Below are positions 55,579 through 64,000 of a stretch of DNA of 64,000 nucleotides, one piece after another. The stretch's first letter is position 1. Each line of letters opens with the position of its first letter. The DNA is from Candidatus Bathyarchaeota archaeon (GTDB taxonomy: Archaea > Thermoproteota > Bathyarchaeia > Bathyarchaeales > Bathycorpusculaceae): positions 672,001 to 736,000 of the forward strand of contig CAWGZR010000005.1 of assembly GCA_963827165.1 (NCBI GenBank), in the 5' to 3' direction. The position numbers and the translations under genes are program-made. Below the pieces are notes generated by a model. The model was not told where the DNA came from, did not search any database, and saw nothing but the letters and a program-made list of their open reading frames with translations.

Positions 55579-58314
55579 ATGCAAATTGGAAAAAACAAAA
55601 TAATTACTCTCGCAATTACGGTGCTATTCATATTCTCAATGAGCGCTTCAATGATGCTAATACCCTCTGTAAACGCACATACACCCGCATGGACTATTCC
55701 AACCTACGCTTATATCACTATATCACCCAATCCAGTCGGCGTCGGCCAGCAAGCGTACGTAATCATGTTTCTTGACAAGCTATATGACAACACACTATCA
55801 ATTAACAACTATCGATTCCATAATTACCAACTGGTTATTACGGCTCCAGACGGTACAAACACAACAGAAAGTTTCCCAGTGATTCAAGACACGACATCCG
55901 CACAAGACTATGCCTTCACACCAAACACTGTTGGCACCTACACGTTAACATTCATATTCCCAGGACAGACATTAACTCTTGCCAACGATGCTAATTCTGA
56001 AGCCACACTTTTTGGTCCACCAACTTTTCCGAACCCATACATCAATGATACCTATGCACCAAGCAGCGCAACGACAACTCTTACCGTGCAATCTTCACCC
56101 GTCCCAACAGCGACCGCAAGCGGCCCGCTGCCAACAGCATACTGGACTCGTCCAATATACGGCGAGAACAGCTATTGGTACACCCTCTCGTCAAACTGGC
56201 TAGGCACTGGAAGCCCAGGCTACTCAGGCTTTGGCGGGACTTCAAACCAGCAGTCATTCCCAGGCGATGCAGTCGGGTCTCTAACCAGCCATGTCATGTG
56301 GACTAAACAGCTTCAAAGCGGCGGAGTCGTCGGAGGAAACACAGTTGCTATTCCAGCAAACACCTACTTCGAAGGATCGGCATACAGCCAAAGATACACC
56401 AACCCAATAATCGTCGACGGAATGCTCATCTACACCAACCCGATAGGCTGGTCTGATGTCCCTGGAGGAACCGGTGGGCAAGGATACGGAGCGACAACCT
56501 GCGTTGACCTACAAACAGGGCAGACACTTTGGACTAACCCTACCATGAAAGCATTAAGCTTTGCTTACATATATGATGCTGAAGACCCTAACCAGCACGG
56601 CGTTTGGCCACCAGTGCTAATATCTTCAACTGCCTCCAACGGTGGTATCTTTGGAGCCGGGGCAGGCAATTGGTATGCATATGACGCCGACACAGGAACG
56701 TCGATTTTCAACATAACCAATGTTCCAGGCGGTGCAACGATGCTCGGACCATCAGGCGAATTCCTCGTCGATAACATAGTAAGCTACGGGCCAATCACCA
56801 TGGGTCCATTCGGTCCATCACATTCAGGAGCTCCATATTACTTGCAAGAATGGAATTCATCCAAACTATGGGACAGCACATATTCCGGTGCTTCAACAGT
56901 TCCAGGCCTAATTCCGACATATACCGACGGAAGCAATCCTGCCCTACTAGACTTTAACATCTCAATACCCTCATTACAAGCCGCACCAACGATACAAGAT
57001 GCTTTCTACAACAAAATGTTGATTGTCTCAACGGGCACTTTCCCAGGCGGTCCTTTTGAAACATTCTCATCAGATAGCTGGACACCTTACACATACTACG
57101 GCATAAGCGTCGCATCAGGCAGCATCGGCAATGTTCTATGGACTAACACGGTCACACCACCCGCAGGAAACATTACAGTAGAACCAGGACCCGCAGATCC
57201 AACAGCTGACGGCGGTCACGGAGTCTTCACAGAAGGATACAAAGAAACTACGCAGTTCGTAGGCTACAGCATGTCGACAGGTCAGAAGATTTGGGGTCCG
57301 ACCCAAATGATGGCGCCTCTTGACTACTACGGCAACCCAGCAATTCCAATCATTGGAGGAGTTGCAGCCAACGGAAAACTCTACAGCACAGGCTACGCAG
57401 GAATACTCTACTGCTGGGACATCACAACTGGCGACCTATTGTTTACGTGGGGGAACGGCCCATCAGGCTCAACCAACAGTTCATACGCTGGCTTTAACAC
57501 TCCATTCGGTGTATACCCAATGCAAATCAACGCTATTGGCAACGGCATAGTGTACATGGTTACAACAGAGCACACAATTGAAACACCACTATTCAAGGGA
57601 GGATTTACATCAGCTGTTAACGCGACAACTGGCCAACTTATCTGGACACTCTCAGACTACACAGGCGAATTCTTCACAACTTCATATGCAATGGCAGACG
57701 GCTATAACACCTGGTTCAACGGCTATGACAACTCAATCTACGTTGTAGGCAGAGGACCAAGTCAAACAACCGTCGACGCACCAAACGTTGCAACAACAAT
57801 CGGCGTACCAGTAGTGATACGCGGCAGCGTATTAGACACTGCAACCGGAACACAGGGAACACAGCAGAAAGGCGATTTTCCAAACGGCGTTCCATGCGCA
57901 TCTGATGCAAGCATGACCGCATGGATGGGATACGTGTACCAGCAACAAGCAATGCCAACCAACTTTACAGGTGTTAAAGTGCAACTCTCGGTCTTAGACT
58001 CTAACGGAAACCACTACTCAATAGGAACCACAACAACTGACACGAGCGGTATGTACACTCTCAGCTATACACCCACAATCTCAGGCAACTACACAGTATA
58101 CGCCACATTCGCAGGAACCAACGGGTACTGGCCATCATCAGCAGAAACAAGCTTCGTAGCAACCGGAGCGCACGCAACCGAAGCGCCAACCGCAACACCT
58201 ACAACCGGATTAGCAAGTGAATCAACAGTTGAATACGTAGGCATCGCAATCATCATTGTGATAATAATAATCGGCGCAGTATTAGCCCTCTTGATGATGC
58301 GAAAACACCCATAA
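55579..58314 (+). CDS. Large secreted, TM-anchored surface protein with divergent PQQ-like repeats and Ig-like domains
   Basis: Signal peptide, Thr/Gly/Pro-rich, D..TG..LW repeats, many sequons, C-terminal TM with RKHP tail; strong SD AAGGAG. Confidence 0.88.
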   Translation: MQIGKNKIITLAITVLFIFSMSASMMLIPSVNAHTPAWTIPTYAYITISPNPVGVGQQAYVIMFLDKLYDNTLSINNYRFHNYQLVITAPDGTNTTESFPVIQDTTSAQDYAFTPNTVGTYTLTFIFPGQTLTLANDANSEATLFGPPTFPNPYINDTYAPSSATTTLTVQSSPVPTATASGPLPTAYWTRPIYGENSYWYTLSSNWLGTGSPGYSGFGGTSNQQSFPGDAVGSLTSHVMWTKQLQSGGVVGGNTVAIPANTYFEGSAYSQRYTNPIIVDGMLIYTNPIGWSDVPGGTGGQGYGATTCVDLQTGQTLWTNPTMKALSFAYIYDAEDPNQHGVWPPVLISSTASNGGIFGAGAGNWYAYDADTGTSIFNITNVPGGATMLGPSGEFLVDNIVSYGPITMGPFGPSHSGAPYYLQEWNSSKLWDSTYSGASTVPGLIPTYTDGSNPALLDFNISIPSLQAAPTIQDAFYNKMLIVSTGTFPGGPFETFSSDSWTPYTYYGISVASGSIGNVLWTNTVTPPAGNITVEPGPADPTADGGHGVFTEGYKETTQFVGYSMSTGQKIWGPTQMMAPLDYYGNPAIPIIGGVAANGKLYSTGYAGILYCWDITTGDLLFTWGNGPSGSTNSSYAGFNTPFGVYPMQINAIGNGIVYMVTTEHTIETPLFKGGFTSAVNATTGQLIWTLSDYTGEFFTTSYAMADGYNTWFNGYDNSIYVVGRGPSQTTVDAPNVATTIGVPVVIRGSVLDTATGTQGTQQKGDFPNGVPCASDASMTAWMGYVYQQQAMPTNFTGVKVQLSVLDSNGNHYSIGTTTTDTSGMYTLSYTPTISGNYTVYATFAGTNGYWPSSAETSFVATGAHATEAPTATPTTGLASESTVEYVGIAIIIVIIIIGAVLALLMMRKHP

Positions 58315-58332
58315 AACAGCCACGGGAAAACC

Positions 58333-58357
58333 ATTTTCCCTCTCTTTTCTTTTTTTA
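58333..58357 (+). terminator. Oligo-T archaeal-type terminator
   Basis: TTTTCCCTCTCTTTTCTTTTTTT just after the surface-protein stop. Confidence 0.45.
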
Positions 58358-58398
58358 AACTTTATCGAAGGATTTTTTCAAATTATTTAAATCTTGAA

Positions 58399-59259
58399 AT
58401 GCGTTTATTGGCAAGGCTAACCCGCCATAGATGGGATTACACTTTGCCTCAAGACCTGACGCTTAAAGAAAAAATTCATCGAGCAAACATACACGTTCAC
58501 CATCTTGAAGCACAATACTACGAACTGCTCCACCCTGAAGTGTACTCCAAGCAAGAACAAAAAAGAACGACTGCGAAGCTCCAAGAAGTTGATAAGCTTA
58601 TCACCGACAACCACAGAGTCGCTCTGGATGTCGGGGCAGGTACCGGAAACCTAACGGGCAAACTTCTACATATGGGTTACACCGTCACCGCCGTGGACAT
58701 TTCACAAGAAATGTGCGCAATCCTCCCCAAAAAATACCCTGCCTATCTCAAAAATGAAAAGTTGAAGGTGATTTGCGCACCCATTGAGGAGATGGATTTT
58801 GAAGAACAACAATTTGACGCTATCACATGCTACTCCGTGCTTCATCATCTACCCGACTACATTTACGCCCTCCGCTGCCTCTCAGTTTTCCTAAAGAAGG
58901 GCGGAGTTATGTACCTCGACCATGAAGCATCCCCTTTCTACTGGAAAAACGAACCCAGCATGCTTTCCAGCCTCGTGAAAGGGATATATCTGCACTCAAA
59001 TCCTCTGCTTAACAGCTTGTACTTTCAAATAACCGGGTTAAGAGTACCCTCAATAGATTACGAGCTTTCGGATTATTGGCATAAAAAAGAGCACGCCCTA
59101 AACCACGGGAGCATAAAGCAATTGTTCAAAGATGAAAAATATCAGTTTTCAAAACGTACTGATTACTACGAAACCAGCACTTGGATTCCCAGCCCACTTT
59201 CCTTCATTTACCGCCTTCTATGTAGCCCTGAAATGAGCTGTTGGACAGCTAAAAAATAA
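58399..59259 (+). CDS. Class I SAM-dependent methyltransferase
   Basis: LDVGAGTG, AVDIS, FDAITCYSVLHHLPD, LKKGG. Confidence 0.9.
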   Translation: MRLLARLTRHRWDYTLPQDLTLKEKIHRANIHVHHLEAQYYELLHPEVYSKQEQKRTTAKLQEVDKLITDNHRVALDVGAGTGNLTGKLLHMGYTVTAVDISQEMCAILPKKYPAYLKNEKLKVICAPIEEMDFEEQQFDAITCYSVLHHLPDYIYALRCLSVFLKKGGVMYLDHEASPFYWKNEPSMLSSLVKGIYLHSNPLLNSLYFQITGLRVPSIDYELSDYWHKKEHALNHGSIKQLFKDEKYQFSKRTDYYETSTWIPSPLSFIYRLLCSPEMSCWTAKK

Positions 59260-60636
59260 CTACGCGATTCCAACGTTTTGGTGAGCTTTTGGGTTCAATC
59301 TTCTTTTTGCGAAGTTAAAGGCGCCTTCACGTTTTACCCGCTTCATTATTTGTTTTGGCGAGCGGTGGAAATCTATGAAGAATCTTCTTTGAATTTTTAG
59401 CAGGGAGTTGTAGTCAAACTCTTTGGTTTTTACAGCTAGCAGAAAATCGTCAAGCTTGACATAACTATTTGAATCTAAGACTTCCTGATAGAGCCTGCTA
59501 TCTGGGTTTGCAATGAAGATGTTAAATATACACCAGTCGGGACTCAGTTTTTTAGCGAACTTCAACGACATTTCCATATCTTTGAGCGTCTCGTCTGGGA
59601 CACCCAGCATGAATGAGCAGGCTGTTTTTATGCCATTTTTGCTGCAAAGCTTGAAGGCGGTTTCTATCTGCTCAAGAGTTGTGTTTCGCCCGATCCGCTG
59701 TAGAATCCTCTGCGACCCCGACTCCACGCCGAACCAGATTGTTTTGCATCCCGCTTTGCTCATGGTCTCCAAAAGTTCCTGGTTAACTAAATCCACGCGG
59801 GTGTCACATACCCATTCTAAATCTAGATTATTCTCAACCATCAGATTGCAAAGTTCGATGGTTTGTTTCTTTCTGAGTGTAAAGTTGTCGTTGATGAAGT
59901 AAATTCCTTTTGTGCCATACTTGCTTTGCAAATCCTTTATTTCCCCGATGACCCGCTGTGGACTGAATGCTCGGCAGATGTTTCCCCAGAGTTTTTTTGT
60001 TTCGCAGAAGCCGCAGTTGTAGACGCATCCCCGTGAGATGCTCATTATGTCGGCGGGTTTAACGTTGAGGTACTCAACGGTTCTGTCGTAAAGTTCGAGC
60101 TTTAACAGGTGCCTTGCGGGATAAGGAATTTCATCCATGTTTTCGATGAATTTTGGCGGGTTTTTGATGTTTTTGCCTTGACGTTTGCATGCGACTCCAG
60201 GTATTGTCATGGCGGCTTGTTCATTGCCGTTTGTTATGCATGTAGCTAGTTCCGTTATTGCGCGTTCGCCTTCGCCCATAACAACGTAGTCGATTTCAGG
60301 GTTGTCCAGCAAACTGTCGGGAACGTAAGAGGCGTGCCATCCGCCAACGATTATCTTACAATCAGGTAGGGTTTCCTTGATGGCTTTGGCGGTTTCTGTA
60401 CAGCGCGAATAGGTGGCTGACCCACAGGTGATGCCAACAATTTGAGGTTTAAGATTGAACACCAGCTGTTTTACTTCGCTGATGGGGTTTTTCATAAGGT
60501 AGTTGTCGAGCATCTGCACTTCGAAGCCTGCTTTTTCCAGTGCCGCGGCAACATACATTAAACCTATAGGAGGCAACCGTTTGCCAAGGTACCATGCGCC
60601 GTTTTCGGGAGGAGCCGTTGTCATTAAAAGAATCAA
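59260..60636 (-). CDS. Cobalamin-binding radical SAM enzyme #6
   Basis: PPIGLMY, GGWHAS, GEGE, SRGCVYNCGFC, GVESGS. Confidence 0.92.
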   Translation of the reverse strand: MILLMTTAPPENGAWYLGKRLPPIGLMYVAAALEKAGFEVQMLDNYLMKNPISEVKQLVFNLKPQIVGITCGSATYSRCTETAKAIKETLPDCKIIVGGWHASYVPDSLLDNPEIDYVVMGEGERAITELATCITNGNEQAAMTIPGVACKRQGKNIKNPPKFIENMDEIPYPARHLLKLELYDRTVEYLNVKPADIMSISRGCVYNCGFCETKKLWGNICRAFSPQRVIGEIKDLQSKYGTKGIYFINDNFTLRKKQTIELCNLMVENNLDLEWVCDTRVDLVNQELLETMSKAGCKTIWFGVESGSQRILQRIGRNTTLEQIETAFKLCSKNGIKTACSFMLGVPDETLKDMEMSLKFAKKLSPDWCIFNIFIANPDSRLYQEVLDSNSYVKLDDFLLAVKTKEFDYNSLLKIQRRFFIDFHRSPKQIMKRVKREGAFNFAKRRLNPKAHQNVGIA

Positions 60637-60868
60637 ATTAGTTTTCTCCTTCTGTGAAACTTTGCAATCTAAGCAGCACGTTTTGTCTCCCTGTAAACGT
60701 TTGCTTACTTTGATTAAACCCGCGTTTATAGGTTTAACTGAACCTACGTTTAGGAGTGTTTGTTATTTGTTTTTGCTGTTTTCTGAAAGCAAAGCCTGTG
60801 GTTGCAGATGTTTATGAAAAGGTTTATAGCCCTTCCGAGTGCCTTTTCCAGAACGAAGAGGGGTAAAG

Positions 60869-61576
60869 ATGAAAGTTGTCGTCCACTGGAGCGGCGGCAA
60901 AGAATGCTGCTTAGCTTACCACAAAGTCGTCAAGCAGGGACATCACGTTGCTTGTCTTCTCAGCTTCGAATATCAGCGTCCTTACGTATTTCACAGTTTC
61001 CAGATGATGCATCTCCAATCCCAAACGCTGGGCACGCCCCTTAAAGTTGTCAGAATCAGAAAGCCGTACGAAGACATCCTTGGCGCCCTGAGCAAACTAA
61101 AGGATGAGGAGGGCATTGAAGGCATCGTTACAGGCGATATAGCTGGTGCAGGATGCGCCATTGTACACTCAAGCTACTATGAGAGTATGGCCAAACAGTT
61201 GGGGTTAGCTTTCTTGATGCCTAACGAGGGCGACACGTACGAAGTGCTTAAGGACGCTGTGAGCACAGGTCTAAGACCGGTCTTAACTTGTATCAACACC
61301 AACTTTTTCGGCGAGGAATGGCTGGGAAGAAAACTTGATCCAGAATCCGTCAAGGAACTCAAAGCGATAGCCGACGAAAAAGACATTGACGTTGCCAGCG
61401 AAGACGGACAAGGCTACCACAGCACCGTGGTCGAAGCGCCTCTTTTTAAAGATTCTTTGAGCATAGGCAAATTCAAAACTAAGAAAAAGAAGGAAAAATC
61501 CAAAAATTGGAAAAGAAACTGGCTCTACATGGACATTAAAGAGTGCCATTTGACGCCAAAGCAACCGTCCAAGTGA
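60869..61576 (+). CDS. DUF71/diphthine-ammonia-ligase-like ATPase, paralog B
   Basis: WSGGKEC, FHS, GIVTGDI, WLGR, YHSTVVEAPLF; start MKVVV at 60869. Confidence 0.85.
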   Translation: MKVVVHWSGGKECCLAYHKVVKQGHHVACLLSFEYQRPYVFHSFQMMHLQSQTLGTPLKVVRIRKPYEDILGALSKLKDEEGIEGIVTGDIAGAGCAIVHSSYYESMAKQLGLAFLMPNEGDTYEVLKDAVSTGLRPVLTCINTNFFGEEWLGRKLDPESVKELKAIADEKDIDVASEDGQGYHSTVVEAPLFKDSLSIGKFKTKKKKEKSKNWKRNWLYMDIKECHLTPKQPSK

Positions 61577-61705
61577 GGTTCCTTCGACCTTTTGGCCTTC
61601 ATCATTCTGAAAATCTGATATTTTAGGTTTCAGATGGAAAATTGCGTGCAATTGCATAAAGTAAATGTAGCACAAGGTATAAACTCTATTGCTTCAGGTA
61701 AAAAC

Positions 61706-63118
61706 ATGAAAACTCGCATTACTCTTGTCAATCCGCCGTACCCTGCCGGTTCCCATCAACATCCCCCTTTCATGCCTCTGGGTATAGGGTACTTAGGCGC
61801 TGTGTTGTACAAGAATCACTTTGAAGTTAACGTGATTGATTGTCAAGCGCAGAAATTAACGCACAGCCAATTCAAAGAGGAAATCAGCAAGGTTCAGCCG
61901 GACATAGTTGGAGTCACCTGCACAACCCTCACCTACAAGTCAGCGCTCGGCATAGTGAAAATAGCTAAACAAGTTTGGCCAAAATGCCTAACCGCAATCG
62001 GAGGACCCCACGTCACTTTCTGGGATGAAAAGGCACTGCAGGAATGTCCTGAACTTGACATTGTGGTCAGAGGCGAAGGCGAGAATACGATTCTTGAACT
62101 TGCGCAGAGAGTCGAAAACGGTCAAGCGTATCATGACCTCATCGGAACTACCTGCAGAAACGGCTCGGCAATGGCGAAGAACCCCGATAGACCGTATTTG
62201 GAGAACCTCGACAGCTTACCGTTCCCAGCTCTGCATCTATGGTCGCACACGGCGAACTTGCGCAAATACGGTACGATTCCCTACCCAGTGATGACAAGCC
62301 GCGGCTGCGTCTACTGGTGCAATTTCTGCACAACTGTGCGTATGTTTGGCAGAAGATACCGCATGCGCAGCACCAAAAACGTGGTTGACGAGTTGGAGTT
62401 CCTGCACAAGAACTATTATGCGACTCAATTCACCTTTTACGATGACGCATTCACAGTTAACCAAGAACGGACGATGGAGATATGCGACGAAATCGTGCGC
62501 AGAGGGCTAAAAATCAAATGGGACTGTGAAACCCGAGTGGACATGGTTTCCAAAGAATTGTTCGTTAAGATGAGGGAAGCAGGTTGCATCGCTGTTTGGT
62601 TCGGTGTAGAGTCGGGTTCAAAGACGCTTCTAACCAGCATGGGAAAGGGTTTCTCGCTTACGCAGACAAGACGGGCTTTCAAGTGGGCAAAAGAAGCGGG
62701 CTTGATGACAGTTGCAGGCGTCATTTTAGGATTTCCCGGCGAAACCAAGGAAACCGTTTGGGAAACAATCCGGTTCATAAAAGAGCTGAACCCAAATGAC
62801 GTCGGCTTCTACATTGCAACACCTTACCCAGGAACACCGCTATATGAGGAAGTCAAAGCAAGCGGTAGGCTAAAGATAACTGACTTCGACAAGTATGACA
62901 CTGCAACGCCGACTTTCGAGATTCCAAATTTCACGATGCAAGAGCTATCACAAATCCGGGAAAAAGCATTCCAAAGCTTCTACCTTAGCCCAGCATACTT
63001 CGTCAGCGCTCTTGGCATGTTCAGACAAGGCAAAATGTGGGGTTTAGGCGCAACTCGACTGATTCTCGCTCACGCAAGACGGGCAGTAATAGCGAGGGCA
63101 AACAGCATCATGAAATAG
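61706..63118 (+). CDS. Cobalamin-binding radical SAM enzyme #7
   Basis: PLGIGY, GGPHVTFWD, TSRGCVYWCNFC, TPYPGT; start MKTRIT at 61706. Confidence 0.92.
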   Translation: MKTRITLVNPPYPAGSHQHPPFMPLGIGYLGAVLYKNHFEVNVIDCQAQKLTHSQFKEEISKVQPDIVGVTCTTLTYKSALGIVKIAKQVWPKCLTAIGGPHVTFWDEKALQECPELDIVVRGEGENTILELAQRVENGQAYHDLIGTTCRNGSAMAKNPDRPYLENLDSLPFPALHLWSHTANLRKYGTIPYPVMTSRGCVYWCNFCTTVRMFGRRYRMRSTKNVVDELEFLHKNYYATQFTFYDDAFTVNQERTMEICDEIVRRGLKIKWDCETRVDMVSKELFVKMREAGCIAVWFGVESGSKTLLTSMGKGFSLTQTRRAFKWAKEAGLMTVAGVILGFPGETKETVWETIRFIKELNPNDVGFYIATPYPGTPLYEEVKASGRLKITDFDKYDTATPTFEIPNFTMQELSQIREKAFQSFYLSPAYFVSALGMFRQGKMWGLGATRLILAHARRAVIARANSIMK

Positions 63119-63145
63119 AAAAATTTTGACGGAGAAAATGTTAGA

Positions 63146-64000
63146 TTGATTTTGCTGATGACTACTGCGCCGCCCTTGAAGTCGCCTTGGGGCGTGGCTG
63201 GAAGGCTTCCTCCTTTGGGTTTGGCATACGTTGCCTCAGTACTGGAAAAAAGCGGCTTCCAAGTTGAAATCTACGACAATTACTTGCTCGAGCGACCCAT
63301 CGAAGAAGTTAAATCGGAAATAAGAAAATGCTCCCCAGAAATCGTTGGCTTAACATGCAATTCTTTGTCTTATGAGCGAGTCGTGGAAATGGCTAAGACA
63401 GTTAAAGAGGCGTGTCCTTCCTGCCGCGTTATTATCGGCGGTCCGCATGCCTCGTACATGCCTGAGACACTGCTTGAACACCCGGAGATAGATTACGTAG
63501 TTGTCGGAGAAGGAGAGAGGGCCATGGTTCAGCTTGTTTTCAACATTACAAAAGGCGAAAAGGCCTCGGCGGCAGCGCAGATTCCCGGAGTTGCATGCAA
63601 AATCGGTGGTGAAATAGCCGAAACTCCACCTCAATTCATCGCTAACCTGGATGAGGTTCCTATTCCAGCCCGTCAATTGCTGCCGATGCGGATGTACGTT
63701 CGGGAACTGAGTTATCTTAGCGTTAAACCCGTTGACACCATGAGCATACATCGTGGTTGTCCCTACAGATGCGCTTACTGCGAGACAAGGGAGCTTTGGG
63801 GCTCAGCTTGCCGCGCGTTTTCGCCGCAGAGAGTAATCGACGAAATCCAGCAGATAGTCGAAACCTACGGCACAAAAGGCATTTACTTTGTCGGCGACAA
63901 CTTTACCATAAACAAAAAACGCACAACCGAACTTTGTCGCCTTATGAAAAGCAACAAAATCGATTTGAAGTGGACTTGCGAAACACGCTCCGACCTAATC
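63146..64000 (+). CDS. Cobalamin-binding radical SAM enzyme #8, truncated by window end
   Basis: Not in the ORF track. Manual translation: MILLMTTAPPLKSPWGVAGRLPPLGLAY...GGPHAS...HRGCPYRCAYCETRELWG; close paralog of #6. Confidence 0.9.
   Translation, partial: MILLMTTAPPLKSPWGVAGRLPPLGLAYVASVLEKSGFQVEIYDNYLLERPIEEVKSEIRKCSPEIVGLTCNSLSYERVVEMAKTVKEACPSCRVIIGGPHASYMPETLLEHPEIDYVVVGEGERAMVQLVFNITKGEKASAAAQIPGVACKIGGEIAETPPQFIANLDEVPIPARQLLPMRMYVRELSYLSVKPVDTMSIHRGCPYRCAYCETRELWGSACRAFSPQRVIDEIQQIVETYGTKGIYFVGDNFTINKKRTTELCRLMKSNKIDLKWTCETRSDLI

Noticed and set aside
22748-63118. Literal BchE (bacteriochlorophyll cyclase) annotation
   Set aside because: Generic family label; no photosynthesis or Mg-chelatase genes are present.
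17226-64000. RiPP gene cluster
   Set aside because: No convincing precursor peptide, RRE/PqqD domain, peptidase or exporter seen; cannot be excluded beyond the window edge.

Overview
Archaeal chromosomal window, most likely TACK/Bathyarchaeia (inferred from GPN-loop GTPase, Elf1-like Zn ribbon, MtrH homolog, BRE-TATA promoters and PQQ-repeat surface proteins beside a tandem Lrp regulator). 1-6.4 kb: phosphate genes and a decaying accessory islet (frameshifted Elf1-like gene, intact MNT-HEPN pair, degenerate tRNA-Gly, AbrB plus a broken PIN toxin). 6.5-17 kb: housekeeping genes, a bacterial-type MetK and a satP-acs-Pat acetate module. From 17.2 kb to beyond the window end lies a >46 kb radical-SAM supercluster: 8 cobalamin-binding radical SAM enzymes (one truncated by the edge), 2 SPASM enzymes and 1 HemN-like enzyme. 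These are interleaved with corrinoid salvage genes (cbiZ, cbiB, two DUF71), an MtrH-like/corrinoid pair, a stand-alone RnfD-ferredoxin fusion, amide-forming and amide-cleaving enzymes, two GT-C-like membrane proteins and three beta-propeller surface proteins. I cannot assign a product to it, and it is the main candidate novel system. A second unexplained signal is a dispersed family of non-coding modules (10-bp-periodic tandem arrays followed by a conserved A-tract tail) at about 5.6-6.4, 11.8-12.1, 35.3-35.8 and 47.5 kb; the modules differ in order and repeat number between loci. All family calls come from motif recognition by eye; no searches were run.
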